A stretch of DNA of 64,000 bases from Lama guanicoe (Eukaryota): assembly GCA_013239625.1 (NCBI GenBank), contig MU053520.1, forward strand, positions 1,331,103 to 1,395,102. The letters run 5' to 3'. The notes beneath the pieces are model-generated. The model was given only the letters and a program-made list of their open reading frames with translations. It made no database searches and was not told where the DNA came from. Position 1 is the stretch's first letter. Each line of letters opens with the position of its first letter. Position numbers and translations under genes: made by a program. Positions 37,480 through 51,900 of the stretch are shown one piece after another.

Positions 37480-37655
37480 CAATAATATTAAATTTGTATC
37501 ACATTAAAAAAAATTTATATACATTATTTTGCTAATTTTTCACAATAATCTCATTGAGTTAAGTGGTTCTTATTATCACCAATCACAGATGAGAAAAATG
37601 ATATTAAGATGAAATGATATGCCCAAATCATACAGCTATAGTGACAGAGGCTATG
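37480..37655 (-). mobile_element. MIR
   Basis: ttcacaataatctc...ttattatc...acagatgagaaaa...gcccaaatcatacagcta. Confidence 0.75.
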
Positions 37656-37984
37656 CATCTGGGGAGTACATGCCACCAGTACCCCTGTTAGGATGGGAGA
37701 TGCCTAAGGAACATTCCCCCAACCCATATAATTTATTTCATATTAGAACTGCTAAGGCTGCTGCTCAATGTAGAATTTAAAATTCCCGTAGGTACTGAAA
37801 AATAAATCATGTTCTCCAAGTCATTCTGAGTAGAGCTAAAAATTCAATTATCACTTCACTAGCTGACATCGTAAATCTACCAATTCCCAGCAAATAAGAG
37901 ACAACCTTAAAGACTCTATCTCCACTGAGCTTATGACCTCCTTCTGAAGCGTCTCAGCTCAAGCCCTAGGAGCTCTGACTTGAG

Positions 37985-38215
37985 TTAGAATGGCAAGCAG
38001 ACAGACTTGGATTCAAATCCTGACCCTGACTCTTTCTTGCTAGATGTGACACAGAGGTGAATTGTTCAGCCACTTTGAGCCTTGGATTCCACTTTTATAG
38101 GATGGAAATTGTTTGCCTGTCTCTAAAGGTGTTAGAATTAGAGCAGCTAATGAATGCACAATGTTTAACACAATCTTCAGTTCCCAGTATGTAAAGCATG
38201 ATGGTAGCTATTATA
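37985..38215 (+). mobile_element. MIR
   Basis: cagacagacttggattcaaatcctgaccctg...tgagccttggattcc. Confidence 0.75.
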
Positions 38216-38523
38216 TTTCACCTCTCAAAGAAAGTTTTTCCTCACCTTCAGACTGAAGGAATTGAACTGAACAATCTCTCAAGTCGCTCCATTTCAGGCA
38301 TTTGGAAGTTTAGCTCGTGTTTACACTTCATGCTCTAAACCCTTCATCTAAAATTCAGAGCTCACATTCATTTGAAAAAGAAAAAAAAAAACAGGTTTGT
38401 ACGATTGAAATATGGGGCTGTCTCTTGACTGAATGAGATTTTCAAGAACATGTGGAGGACAGAGGCGGAAGAAGCTTTTATAGGTTGATTTGAATCCTAT
38501 AAATTCAAAGGCATGGGCCATGT

Positions 38524-38602
38524 AAAAAAAAAAAAGAAAAAGAAAAAGAAAAAGAAAAAGAAAAAGAAAAAGAAAAAGAAAAAGAAAAGAAAGAAATAGA
38601 AA
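38524..38602 (+). repeat. A-rich (GAAAAA)n microsatellite
   Basis: Seen directly. Confidence 0.95.
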
Positions 38603-40167
38603 GGAATGTGTCCTTTAACTTACCAGAGTTTTTAAAGTGCTTTTTCTAAATTGGAAGAATAATATTGATAAGCATTGGCCTTACATAGAAAAATCACAGA
38701 AATTACAAGAGCTAGAGTAGCAGTGGTGTGTATTCTATTTTGCAGCATCAGATCTCCCCAAAACAGGGCAGCCAACTGAAGAGAAACATTTCCCAGTTGG
38801 ACTCATGTGCTACAAGAAGAAAAGGTATTTACTTATCTTCTTACTTATTTAGATATGTGCCTGCCCTTGAAGCTTGTAAATATTTTATTCCAAAAAAGAA
38901 GAAAAAGAGAAGAAAGAATAAAAATCCTTCAAGATAGTCACCCCAGGCTCCTTTACTGCAATAATAATAAGGATGTAGCTCCTCACCTCTGCCTGCACTG
39001 AGCATAATGTCCTGTATAAACACTTCCATGTGGACCCTTAAAGATCTACACTTTCTCTTTTTGGATCACTGATATTGTTACTATTGTGACCCAACTGACA
39101 CTAAAGGATGGATCAAAATACTATATAGAACACTTCTTATTCTTTGATCTTAGAGAAGAAATTCAGACCCTTCCCTTTAATTGTCTTATATGTTGTTTGA
39201 AAAAAATACACAATTTTTTTTATTCTTATGAGAAATAAGAACCAGAAGAAGTGATTACATTTCCTCACTGATATTTGACCATCATTCTCCAGGAAGATGC
39301 CGTGCCTTTGTCTTCTGTTGTCCAATTAATTTTTGGCAAAAGTTTGAAAATGTGAGAAAGAAAAATAGTGACTCAAAAAATACCCTTCCTTGAGATATCT
39401 AAGTATGTACTGCTGGTGGTCTGTACTCAGGAGAACAGATGCCACTGTAGCTCCATCATCAGTGTTTGTCTTTACAAAACAAATAGACCATATCTCCTTC
39501 CTGACATAATTCTAACCAGAATGTGCACAAAATGAATCAAAAAAAGATTTCAGGGCCAACTCTGACTTTGCCATTCAATCATTATTTCAATCACCATTCA
39601 TTGGATGGCAACTCTGTCAGAGTTTAGGCTGGGTTTGGAAATAGAATAAAACAAACAAAACAAAGCAAATAAACAAACCAGAAAAATCCCCCAAACAAGC
39701 AATAACACCCTTCCTGGTTTCAAGGAACTAAACTTAAATGGGGTAGAGAAACCTAATAAATCAAAATGAAATAAAATGATTTAAAGAGGAACATATTCAA
39801 AATACTTTGAAAATACTGGAAACTAATTATACCTTGAGACTGAGAGGATTAAAACCCTTCACATTAAGAAAGGCTTTTTTCAGCCTTAAGATAACTGGAC
39901 TCTGTTGGTCTATATTTAACCATAGATGTATGACCTTGCTTGCCCTTATTCAATCATAGTTCAATGAAAATTTATTGGGCATCTGCCTACATCCATTCCA
40001 GGGAGTCAGAATTATTGTAAGTCATACAATGGGAGTGGTCAGAAGGTACAAAATATGTGGTCAAGTCAGAATTTTGTTCCAAAATAATCTTACTTTAAGA
40101 CCCCCAAATTCAAATATTATGCTATATATTTACTACCTCTGGTATTGCACAGAACAGTTACCCCATC

Positions 40168-41574
40168 AAAATATTTCTCAAATTATGATCTGTAGACCCT
40201 TGGGATTTCCTGAATCTTTTCCAGGCAACTATGAAGTCAAAACTCTTTTCATAACAATACTAAGATGTAACTAGCTATTTTCATTGTGTTGCTATTTATA
40301 CCGATGGGGCAGAAGCAGTGGTGGGTAAACTGGCACCTTTACATAATAAATGCAGGGAGACAAAGCTGTATTAGAAATTGCATTTTCACTGTCACACATT
40401 CATAGTGGGGAAAAAGAGAAGACACAGTGTTACTTAGAATGTCCTTGATGAAGAAGTATATGTTACTAGTATTTTTAAATCTTGACTTTTGAGTATATGC
40501 ACCTTTAATATTCTACAGAATATTATGAAAAAATAGAAAATACAGCTAAAGCACCTCTCCGTATATTGAAATACAACAATACTCTTGAGAAACAGGATTT
40601 TTGAGATTGTTTAAATTGTGGACTGAACTAGCCACCGTTTTTAGTTCAAAGAGGGACAAACAGACAAACTCTGACTACTTGAACTTGGAATATTTGGCAG
40701 ATTCTTCTCAAAAATAAATTAAGTGAGCTTCTCCCCCTCAAGAAAAACTTACTGTCAATGATAAAATTTGAGCTTTCAAGTGAATATTAAAATTTTGAAA
40801 AACTTGTATTTGTCACCATGATCTTGAGAGCTTCCCAACAGCTAAGACTTTTTCTGATGACAGTCTTCAGTGATGTTGACTGATGTGATTCTTTTTGACA
40901 TGGTCTAATAAATTATCTCAATATTTGGAAGATCTGCATGCCTCAGCAAATCAATATTTTCCAAATGACTAATACATAATGTTACAAAATCATATTTGAG
41001 TCTAAGATCCATTCTAAGTGAGAGAGAGACCAGTGAATTTCAAGTTTAAGAAATTCATTGATGTGGTTTCAGATTTAACATTAAAAATAACCTCTAAGGA
41101 ATTAGTTTGTCAAGCTTGGGTATATGATCAAAGATAAATATCCACAATTGTCTGAAAATGCTATTAAAATATTCCTTTCTTTTCCAACTACCTATATGTA
41201 TGAGGTAAAATTTTCTTCATGTAGTTTAAGCAAAACAATATATTACAGCCAATTCAATGTTAATGCAGATGTAATAGTACAAATCATTTCCAGTAAGTTA
41301 GACATTAAAAATGTTTGAAGCAATTTAAAGCAAGGAAACATTTCTCATTAAATTTTTGGGAGAATGTATCTACTTTTCCATAAAATATATTAACATGTAA
41401 AATATATATGAATTATTTTATACAAATTATATATTATTTTTAATGATTTCCAGTTTAATCCTAGTATGGGAAAATTTGCTAATTTTTCTCTCATAAACAA
41501 AATTTCTTTGGATTCCTCAATAATCTTTAAGAATGCAAGAGCATCTCGAAACCAAAACATTTAAGAACTGCTTG
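40168..41574 (+). mobile_element. Charlie1a-type hAT DNA transposon (internally deleted, about 1.4 kb)
   Basis: Degenerate terminal repeats (atttctcaaa...tttaagaactgc) and Charlie1 subterminal motif gtcaaaactcttttcataacaatactaaga. ORF 41124-41318 (YPQLSENAIKIFLSFPTTYMYEVKFS) resembles the hAT C-terminal dimerisation domain. Confidence 0.88.
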
Positions 41575-41739
41575 CCCTCTAAGATATAAAACTATACTAT
41601 AATGCTAGATTCATTAAAACAATGTGCTCTTGGTGGAAGAACATTTAAGTCCATCAATGAGGAGAACACACTCCAGAAATAGATTCATATATATGATAAT
41701 TAAATTCTCTGATAAAGTTTGCATTTTAAATTAGAAATT

Positions 41740-42205
41740 ATATCAAGCAGGGTCTTGACAGGAAACAGATGGCACTATGAAATGAGATAATTGAAGAAAG
41801 TTTAATAAAGGAACTATTTTCAAGTGTATGAGCTGGATTAAGGGAAATTAGTAAGGACAGAGAAGCACCATTTTGCTAGCAACAGTGAGATCCATCCTAG
41901 GTCTGAAAGTCAAAGAGAAGGGCTTATGGAAGCTGGGGATTGAACTGTTCCCCTAGTAGTTAGTAACAGAAGGGGCCTCCAGGCAGGAAGGGTGGCCTAC
42001 AGAAGAGAAAGAGTTATTGTCAACCAGCAGCCAACAAGGAGGGAGCCAGAGGAATGACCAAATCTCAGTCCTCATCTCTCCTCGAATCTGCTGCTGATGC
42101 ATCCTGTTGGCCAAACCCAACTGAAGGCCAGACCATTCCAGATATGGAAGTTGAACATGGTGGAGAGAAGATCTGGAGGGGCAAGTTGAAGACATCCATC
42201 TGTCT
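41740..42205 (-). mobile_element. Ancient ERVL/MaLR-class LTR
   Basis: cagggtcttgacaggaaacagatggcact...gtttaataaaggaactattt resembles antisense class III LTR ends. Subfamily uncertain. Confidence 0.6.
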
Positions 42206-42229
42206 GCCCCTTTTGCTCTTTGACAGACC

Positions 42230-44050
42230 CTCTTATTCTTTGCTTAGATCTGTTCAGGCCCATTTAGCATTTGCATTTAGTAATGAAAGGCTGCTGTGCA
42301 AGTCTAGTTTTACGGTTCAATGGATTAGATACTATTCCATTCACTCTGGGCACTTTGGATGGCAGTCACTTGGTGTTCCAGTCTCTCAGAGCACTGTTTT
42401 AGAATTGGGAAATGTGTCAGGAGAACCCCTTTGGATTTACTTTTCCACCAGAATATTCAGCTTTCAGGTCCTCGCTGCCCTGATAGCTTTTCAATGCCTT
42501 CACGCAGATTTTTAAGAAGGATCTTAGCCAGTTTTTCTGCTTGTTCTTAGTAGGAGTTTTAGTAAGAGTGTGACATAAGCTACTCTCTCCTAACAGTGAG
42601 TAGAAGTTCTACTCTCAAGTTTTGATTGATGATATGGATATCAAGATTATAAATAATTTCCCAGCAGACTATCAGAAACTTCATTGTTGAGAATTTCAAC
42701 TCAACTTTGATTTCTCTTTTCACTCATTGCTGTCACTTTACTATGTTTGGATTTTCTTTCTGGAAACTTTCATTTCCTTCTTTTCTTTTCCTTCTCCTTT
42801 CTTTTATTTATGTCCCCCTAGTTTTTTTTTTTTTTTTTTTAAAAGTGATGTGCCTTGGAGAGATTTTTCTTCTCATCCTTTGTTCAGTCATTTTAAACCT
42901 TTTTTAGTCAGGAGACATAGTCTTTGGATTGAAGAATTTATTTTTTATTAACTCATCTATAATTTCTTCCATGTCGTTTTTAAGGTTTTCTCTTTTAAAA
43001 ACTCTCTTACACAAATGTGAATTCACTCAGACTAATCCTTTGCTTTATATTCCTTTTCCTATTTTATAACTTTTTAAATTTTTTTTCTTACTTTCTGGGA
43101 GAGTTCCTTATCATCTAAGTTTTCTGTTGATGTTTTCATTTTTGCTATCAAATTTTAAATTGACATGGTCTCATCTTTGTCCTCTGAAAGATAATTTTTA
43201 TAGCCTGCTTTTCTTGTTTCATGAAAGAAAAATTATCTTTTATTTTTCTGAAGACATTAATGATTTTTAAATTCTAGTTTTTATCTCCTTTCATAACCTC
43301 TGATTTCTCCAATTTAATTATTATTGTTTTTGTTCATCCTGGTGTCTGTCTTTCAAGTTAAAGACTTCTTCAAATTTCTGACAACATGATCTTCAGCTGT
43401 GCGCTCCTATTGAATAATCAGGCAATAAAAAGATCTTTGGAAGTTTGTGAATATGAGTGGGACTTGTTGACTGTGGCTTTCACTGTAAAGTGATCTCTTT
43501 TTCTCCTCTGAAGATGGTAAGATTCCTCAAGGAAGACTTCCAGTTCCTTTCCTACAGAAGTAATTTTGGGTTTTAGTGTCCTTGTATTTTTAGTATGTTA
43601 CTCCACCCTCAATTGTGCACAGATTCCTTTGGCCCCTAGAATCTCTGAAATTTTCCAAAGAGTAAACCCCCAGTTCTTTGTCAACATAAGAGCCAGTAAT
43701 AGAGAGGGAATCTGACAGTGAACCATATCTTAAAGAATCTCTCAATTAGAACTTTTTTAACCCTTATCTTCACCATCATTTTTAAAGGTACTTAATTTCA
43801 GCTATTTTGCAAAGCAAATTTGCTAGTGAGCCTCTAACAATGCCAATTTAAATTTGTTTTCTCAAGTTGACTAATTCCAATTTAGTTATCTCTTCTTCAT
43901 CTACTGTCCTGATACTAGAAGTTTGTTGGTATTGTTCCCTGTGTTATTCTTCATGTTTGTCACTGAGGCTTTTTATAAGCTATCATTTTGGGGGGGAATT
44001 ATCAGAATGCAGCAGATAAAAGCATGCATTCTAATCACTATCCTTAACTT
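42230..44050 (-). mobile_element. Old L1M/HAL1-like ORF1/5' relic
   Basis: T-rich antisense ORF1-like sequence, heavily decayed. Confidence 0.5.
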
Positions 44051-44101
44051 GATGCCACTTTTTGTTTTTAATAAACCATTTTGTACTGCTTAAAAATTTC
44101 A

Positions 44102-46260
44102 TGTATTTTATCTGTTAAGTCCATCTGGTCTAATGTGTCATTTAAGGCCAAAGTTTCCTTATTGATTTTCTGTCTGGATGCTTTATCCATTGATGTAAGT
44201 GGGGTATTAATGTTCCCAAACTATTATTGTATTGCCACCTATTTCTCCACTTAGGTCTGTAAATATTTGGTTTTCTTATTTAAGTACTCATGTTGGGTAC
44301 ATAAATACTTACAAATGCTCTATTCTCTGGTTAGGTTGATCCCTTGATCATTATATAACACCCATCCTTGTCTCATTAGTCTTTACATTAAGTCTATTTT
44401 GTATAAGTATAGCTACTCCAGCTTTCCTCTGGTTTCCATCTTCATGGAATAAATTTTCTATCCCTTTACTTTTCTTCTGTATGTGTCTTTCTATCTAAAA
44501 TGAGTCTCTGGTAGATAGCATATAGATGCATCTTTTTTTTTTTCCATTCAGTCACTCTATGTCTTTTGATGGGAGATTTAGTCCATCAGCATTTGAACTG
44601 ATTATCAATCAGTATGTATTTATTGCCATTTTGTTAACTGTTTTCTGGCTGTTTTTGTAACTTTTCTCTGTTCTTTTCTTATTCTCTTGCTCTCTTTTTC
44701 TGTCATTTTACGACCTTCTTTAGTGGTATGTTTATGTTCCTTTTTGTTTATCTTTTGTATATTTGTTCTGTGTTTTTACTTTGTGGTTATTATGAGGCTT
44801 ACATGAAATTACTTATATCTTTAATACTCTAAGTTGATAACAACTTAAGTTTGATCCCATTCTGAAACTCCACACTTTCACTCTCCTCCTTGCCACATTT
44901 TATGTTTTTGATATCGTATTTTACATATTTGTATTTTGTGTAACCCTAACTAATTATCATAATCATACTTATTTTTTAGTACTTTTGTCTTTTCACCTTC
45001 ATACTAGTTGCATAAGTGGTCCACTACCTTAACTATATATCTACCTTTCCAATGAGATTTATTCTTTCCTTTGTTTCCTTGTTACTAATTAGAACCCTTT
45101 CTTTTCAGCTTAAAATAGTCCCTTTAACATTTCTGTAAAGCTGGTTCTATCCTGGTGTATAATCCTTTTAATGTATTATTGTTTGTTTTGTTAATATTTT
45201 GTTGAGGATTTTTCCATCTATGTTCATTAAGAATATTGGCCTCTATTTTCTTTTCTTGTAATATCCTTGTCAGGTTTTGGCATCTTGGTAATGTTGGTCT
45301 CATAAAATGAATTTGGAAGAATTTATTCCTCTTTTATTTTTTGGAAGAGTTTAAGAAATACTGGTATAAATGCTTCATGAAATGCTTGGTAGAATTTGCC
45401 AGTGACATCATCTGGTCCTGGACTTCTGTTTATTGGGAAGTTTTTGATTGTTGATTCAATCTCCTTACTAGTAACTGGTTTGTTCATATTTTATATTTCA
45501 TCATGATTCAGTCTTGGCAGGTTGTATATTTCTAGGAATTTATACATTTCTTCTATATGGTCCAATTTGTTGGCATGTAATTGTTCACTGTAGTTTATTA
45601 TGTTTCTTTATATTTCTGTGCTATCTCTTTCATTTCTGATTTTATTGGAATCTTCTTTTTTTTTCTCAGTAAGTTCACTTAAAACTTTGGGAACCTAGTT
45701 TATCTTTTTAAAGAACCAGCTCTTGGTTTCATTGACCTTGTCTATTGCTTTTTAGTCTCTATTTTGTTTATTTCTGCTCTAATCTTCGTCATTTCCTTCC
45801 TTCAACTAACTTTGGGATTTGTTTGTACTTTTTATAGTTCCTTTAAGTGTAAAGTTAGGTTGTTTACTTGAGACTTTACTTGTTTCTTGAGGTAGGCATT
45901 TGTAATTATGAACCTTCCTCTTAGAACTGCTTTTGCTGCATCCCACAAAGTTTTATATGTTATACTTCCATTTTTGTTTGTCTCAAGGAGTTCTTTAATT
46001 TTGATTTCTTCTTTGAGCCTTTGAGGGTCAAAGTAGCAATATGTTATTTAGTAGCATGCTGCTTAATCTCCACATATTTGTGAATATTCTAGTTTTCTTC
46101 ACATAGTTAATTTCTAGTTTTACATCACTGTGGTCAGAAAAGAAACTTGATATGATTTCAGTCCTCTTAAATTTTTTCAGTCATGTTTTGTGGCCAAACT
46201 TTGATCTCTCCTGGAAAATTTTCCATCTGCACTTGAGAAATATGTGTTTTCTTTTGCTGC
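44102..46260 (-). mobile_element. L1 inter-ORF/ORF2 segment in two permuted pieces (44102-45146 and 45149-46260)
   Basis: Antisense endonuclease region and the following ORF2 region, both homologous to the L1s at 54842-56500 and 58990-60150. Confidence 0.88.
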
Positions 46261-46277
46261 CTCCTCATCCTTCTCCT

Positions 46278-47560
46278 CTTGGCATGTTCTATCCAGTTCT
46301 AGATGGTGATGCAGGAAGATCCTGAACTCACCTCTAATGAACACACTGAGGTAAAAGTTACACATGGAACAATTTCTTCTTAAAAAGAAAATACCCTGGC
46401 TGAGTGATGACCGTGCAACAGGCAAATTAAAAAAAAGAAAAAAAAACACAAGGAAGTGAATAGGAGAGGTTTGGACACAATATGCAGAAGAATGAGACAG
46501 GACCACTATCTTATACTGCACACAAAAATTAACTTAAAATGGATTAAGGGATTGAACATAAGACCTTAAATTATAAAATTCCTAGGGAAAAAACACAGGT
46601 GGTAAGCTCCTTGACATAGGTCTTGGTGAAAAATTTTTAATCAAACACCAAAAGCAAAATCAACAAAAGCAAAAATAAGCAAGTGGGACTTTATTAAACT
46701 AAAATGCTTCTGCACAGCAAAAGTAACCATCAACAAAATGAAAAGGCAGCCTACTGAATGGGAGAAAATATTTACAAATTGTAAATCTGATAAAGGGCTA
46801 ATATCCAAAATATATAAATAAATTATACAGGCAAAACCAAACCAAAACAAAACAAAACAAAGTAAAAAATGGCCAGAAGATCTGAAAAGCATTTTTCCAA
46901 AGAAGACATATAGATGAAAAAATGTTTAAATCATTCATCATCACAAGAAATGTAAATCAAAATCACAGTGAAACATCACCTCACACCTGTTAGAATGTTT
47001 ATGATCAAAAAGACAAGAAATAACAAGTGTTGGAGGGGATATGGAGAAAACTGTTGGCGGGAATGTAAATTGGTATAGCCACTATGAAAAACAGTGTGGA
47101 AACTCCTCAAATAATTAAAAATAGAACTAGCATATGATCCAACAATTTCACTTCTGGGTGTTAAAAAAAAAAACACTAATTCAAAAAGAGATATGCACCC
47201 CCATGTTTATAACAGCATTATTTACAATAGCCAAGATATGGAAACAACCTAAGTGTCCATCAATGGACAAATGGATAGAGAAATTTATATTAAATATATT
47301 AGAATATTATTTAGCCATAAAAAAGAATGAAATCGTGCCATTTGCAACAACATAGATGGACCTCAACGGTGCATTGCTAAGTGAATGAAGTCAGAGACAT
47401 ACAAATATTGTATGACCTCTCTTATACATAGAATTAAAAAACAAAACAAAACAAACAAGCTAAAAACAAATCTATGTATAAAAAAAAGACTGATGGTTCC
47501 CTAAATGGGGGGGGGATGGGTAAAAGGGGCCAAAAAGCAAAAAAAAAGAAAAAAGCAAAG
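46278..47560 (+). mobile_element. L1 (L1MA9-like): about 200 bp of 5'UTR joined to the ORF2 3' part and 3'UTR
   Basis: agatggtgatgcaggaagatcctgaactcacctc is an L1 5' start motif. From about 46482 the sequence is ORF2 C-terminal; ORF 47134-47355 reads [23 protein letters not shown]. Confidence 0.85.
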
Positions 47561-48258
47561 AAAAACCTATGAATAAGGCTAATGATGGTCACTGCAAAAT
47601 GATATTGAAAAGCTCACCAGGAAGATTCTATGATTTTAAGTTAAAATATAACTAGCAGTGTATCTATTTGACAGAATTGCAAGGAGAAATCGATAAATTC
47701 ATATAATAGTACAAAACGTTACAACTACATTTTTTTTCTATGCCTCAAGAATATAGCAAAGTTTTATGGAGTAGAAAATTCTACATTTGGCTTGAAGCAA
47801 TATAGAAGACAATAAAAGCTGTATCCCTACCCCTGAGTACTTTCGAACAATCCACTTGACATAAATAAGTAAATTAACAAATAGTCCCAGGCATTTACCA
47901 CTATATGTTGGAGTTGGCATGCAAAATGCAAACCATGCCATCAGGATAAGGCAGTTGGTGACTGAAGGTTTTGTGGGCATGTAGGGTTATTTTGCAACCC
48001 AGCATAGACCCCAAAGCGGTGACTATCACCTAGGCTACTGTGGCCTGTTGAAGCAAGCCTTATATAAGCAAATAGACATATAAACTAATTACAAGTGACC
48101 TTGAACAACAGGAAATTAGCAATTATTAAATGCAAACAACCATGGGGGAAGTAAGGTAAAGTTAAGAGTAAAAAGCAGTGGTGGTGGTCATGCTGTGTTT
48201 GTAAGGCAACAATGAATTATAGTGAAAAAGAAAATGAGAAAACAGCAGAGTGTGCCAA

Positions 48259-48331
48259 TGTGTATGTGTGTGTGTGTGTGTGTGTGCATATGTATATGTG
48301 TGTGTGTGTGTATATATATATGTATATATAT
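48259..48331 (+). repeat. Compound (TG)n/(TA)n microsatellite
   Basis: Seen directly. Confidence 0.9.
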
Positions 48332-50049
48332 TTTTTTAGGGAAAGAAGTGTGGTCAGAAATAAATATAAATTTAATGTATATTTACAAATAGAATTTTGT
48401 CTGGAGAAAAAAGTATTAACCCTGAAACTCTGCTACCCATATGTGTTTTTTATTTAAGTATTTCTAGGTTGACTTGTTGATATAATTCAAGAAATCAAAG
48501 TGTCACAAAAACATACATAGTCATAACACATGGTGACCAGATCTGACTCAGAATGCCTAGGATATATTACCACTTGATGACATAAAGAATATGATACCTG
48601 AAATAACAAGGTGACATAAAATAAAGTTTAAAAATAAGAGTACTGATTTTTTATGATTAAAGTTAGAAGCAAAAAATATACATTGAGGAGTTACTGGCAA
48701 TTTGCTAATGACATGTCAGAGAACACATTTAAGCATTGTTGTTATGAAATTTCCTATTGAGAAAAAGATTATGTGCATCATTTTTAATAGAAAACATATT
48801 ATTAGGTAAATCTTTTCAAATACAAATATTAAAATGTAAGTGTGCAAATTTGTTGCCCCAGAGAATATGTGTGAAAGTCAGAACTTACTTTTAAGTACCA
48901 AGTATATGGCTGGCACTGAGGAGGGATTTTCAGGTATAAAACCTGAAACACTTCTATGTAATTTGAGTTTCTTCATTACCAATCATGCATTCAAGATGTA
49001 TTTAAATTTAAAATAGAGCAAAATAAAACATATATGCAAAATATAAGTGTGTTTTGGCATGATTAAAGCTAGATTAATGGTGGAACTAGATGGATATTAC
49101 TGATAAAACATAGATTTTGAAAGAGGGAAAAACATGCTGCTATTTAGGTCTTGTGAAAGATAGGCTTACATCTTGTATGGCTTAACTATCCCACAGAAAA
49201 ATCTACGTGTGCGTATAAGTGCTTTTGTATGGGTACACATCAAAATTTCTCAAAAATCAAGTTGAGTAAGCTACATCCAGGACCCAAGAAACATAACATG
49301 AATAATTTGAAAACTTTCTATTAGGTACAAAAAGTTTAAGTTGACCAATTTAGTGTTGGTCAAGTATTAATCAGCAAGACTTCAAATTTCAACTTAGTAA
49401 TACCTTAATCAAGAATGACTAGGCAATGTAATTGGCTTGGTTTTTTCCGTCTTTTTATGGGCACTTACTGAAAATCAGCAGTACCAAGCACTGTGTTACT
49501 GTTGAGATACAGAGAAGCCAATCTTTTATACCAGGTTTCCCAGTTCTGCTTTGGAACTCCTTGTGCTTTGAATGAATTATCAGTGTCCTGACTTCCCTAC
49601 CCAGTGGCAGCCTCCTGACTGCTGTTTAACTTTTCATAGACAACAGCAGTTGCTCCACATTCAATTCTTTCTGCCACAGATATGCAGCACTATTTAACTA
49701 CCTGTGATATTTCTTATAGGTATTTCTTTCTTCTGGTACTATAGTAATTACTGTTCCTGTTTTCTATCCCACAGAAGTTCTATATAGCAACTTTATGACA
49801 ATTTCAAATCTATCCAGAATGCTTTGTGGGGGCCTTATGCCTATCCGTTTAAGTTATACAATTCCTGGAAGAATTTTCCAATTTACTCAAATCCCTTTAC
49901 AGTTGCATTGCATCTTTAGACTTGACCAAGTTCAGTTTATATTGGCTCTGTTTTTTTTAATGGAAAGTACTATTGAGCCTTTAGCAAATGTTTGGCAGTC
50001 TATACTCATATCTCACATACTCCTTCCAATTCTGTGAGACATATAGGGA

Positions 50050-50265
50050 AAGGTATGTAACATAGTGAACTCAAGGCAGAGGCAGATGATCTGGGTTAGA
50101 AAAATTTCTATGTCACTTATTAGCTGTGTAATTGTAGACACTCTCTAGGAGATTCAGATAATAAAAGCAACCATGTGACAGAGTTTTGTGAGTAGCAAAT
50201 GAGTTAATATATGTAAAATTCTTAAAACAGTCGCTGTATACAATCAGAACTGTATAAATATCAAC
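50050..50265 (+). mobile_element. MIR
   Basis: tcacttattagctgtgtaatt...gtgagtagcaaatgagttaatatatgtaaaattcttaaaacagt. Confidence 0.75.
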
Positions 50266-50372
50266 TGCAAGTGTTTTACTCATTTCACAGATAGAAGAGA
50301 GGCTCAGATGGATTTAAGTCACTCAAGCTCAAATAGCTCAAATAGCTATATCATCAAGACAATTAATAGCTA

Positions 50373-51266
50373 AGGCACATGAAAAAATGCTCACTATCAC
50401 TAATTATCAGAGAAATGCAAATCAAAACTACAATGAGGTATCACCTCACACCAGTCAGAATGGCCATCATTCAAAAGTCCACAAATGACAAATGCTGGAG
50501 AGGCTGTGGAGAAAAGGGAACCCTCCTACGCTGCTGGTGGGAATGCAGTTTGGTGCAGCCACTGTGGAAAACAGTATGGAGATTCCTCAAAAGACTAAGA
50601 ACAGACTTACCATATGACCCAGGAATCCTGCTCCTGGGCATATATCCAGAAGGAATCTTACTTCAAAAAGACACCTGCACCCCAATATTCATAGAAGCAT
50701 TATTTACAATAGCCAAGACATGGAGACAGCCTAAAAGTCCATCAACAGATGACTGGATAAAGAAGAAGTGTTATATTTATACAATGGAATACTATTCAGC
50801 CATAAAAATGACACCATAATGCCATTTGCAGCAACATGGATGTTCTTGGAGAATATCATTCTAAGTTAAGTAAGCCAGAAAGAAAAAGAAAAATACCATA
50901 CGAAGTCACTCATACATGGAATCTAAAAAAAAAGAAATGAATATAAATATAAAACAGAAACAGACTCATAGACATAGAATACAAACTTCTTCTTGCTAAG
51001 GTAGCAGGGGATGGGAAGGGACAGACTAGGATTTCAAAATTTGTAGATACTGGCAGGCATATGCAGAATAGAGAAACAAGATTATACTGTATAGTACAGG
51101 GAAATATATACAAGATCTTGTGGTAACTCACAGTGGAAAAAAAATGTGACAATGAATATATGTATGTTCATGTATAACTGAAAAATTGTGCTCTACACTG
51201 GAATTTGACACAACATTGTAAAATGACTATAACTCAATAAAAAATGTTTAAAAAAAGTAAGAAAAA
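50373..51266 (+). mobile_element. Young 5'-truncated L1 (ORF2 C-terminal cysteine-rich region, 3'UTR, A tail)
   Basis: ORF 50379-50819 ([29 protein letters not shown]...[18 protein letters not shown]) is the L1 ORF2p C-terminus. Perfect 17-bp TSD aagacaattaatagcta at 50356-50372 and 51267-51283. Confidence 0.96.
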
Positions 51267-51900
51267 AAGACAATTAATAGCTATATTGTTATCTAAATGG
51301 TTGTTTATTTTTGGATGGTTTATAATTTAAAATTGACAAAAATTAAACAAAAGGAGAAAATATTAAAAGCAACAAGGTAAAAGCAATAAATAACATACAA
51401 GGGACCTCATATAAGGTTATCAGCTGATTTATCAGCACAAACTGCAGACCAGTATAGAGTGGCACAATATATTTAAAGTGATGAAAGGGAAAAACTTACA
51501 ACCAAGAATGCTCTACCCAGCAAGGCTCTTCTTCAGACTTGGTGAAGAAATCAAAAGCTTTACAGACAAGAAAAAGTTAAAAAGTATTCAGCAACACTCA
51601 AACACCTTCACAACAAATGTTAAAGGGACTTCTCTAGGTGGAAAAGAAAAGACCAAAACAGAAACAAGAAAATTACACAATGGAAAACCTCACCAGTAAA
51701 GGCAAACATACAGTAAAGGTAGGAAATCATCCACACACACAAACTAGTAGGAAGGTTAAAAGACAAAAGTGTTAAAAATCATCTGTATCCACAATAGCAG
51801 TTAAGGAATGTCCAAAACAATTAAATGTAAAGTATAATATCAAAAACAGTAATCATGAGAGGAGGAGAGTACAAATGCAGGATAATTAAAATGCATTTGA

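Noticed and set aside
41124..41318. hAT dimerisation-domain ORF as a domesticated transposase gene
   Set aside because: It is only 64 codons within a decayed, internally deleted Charlie1 element, with no extended open frame.
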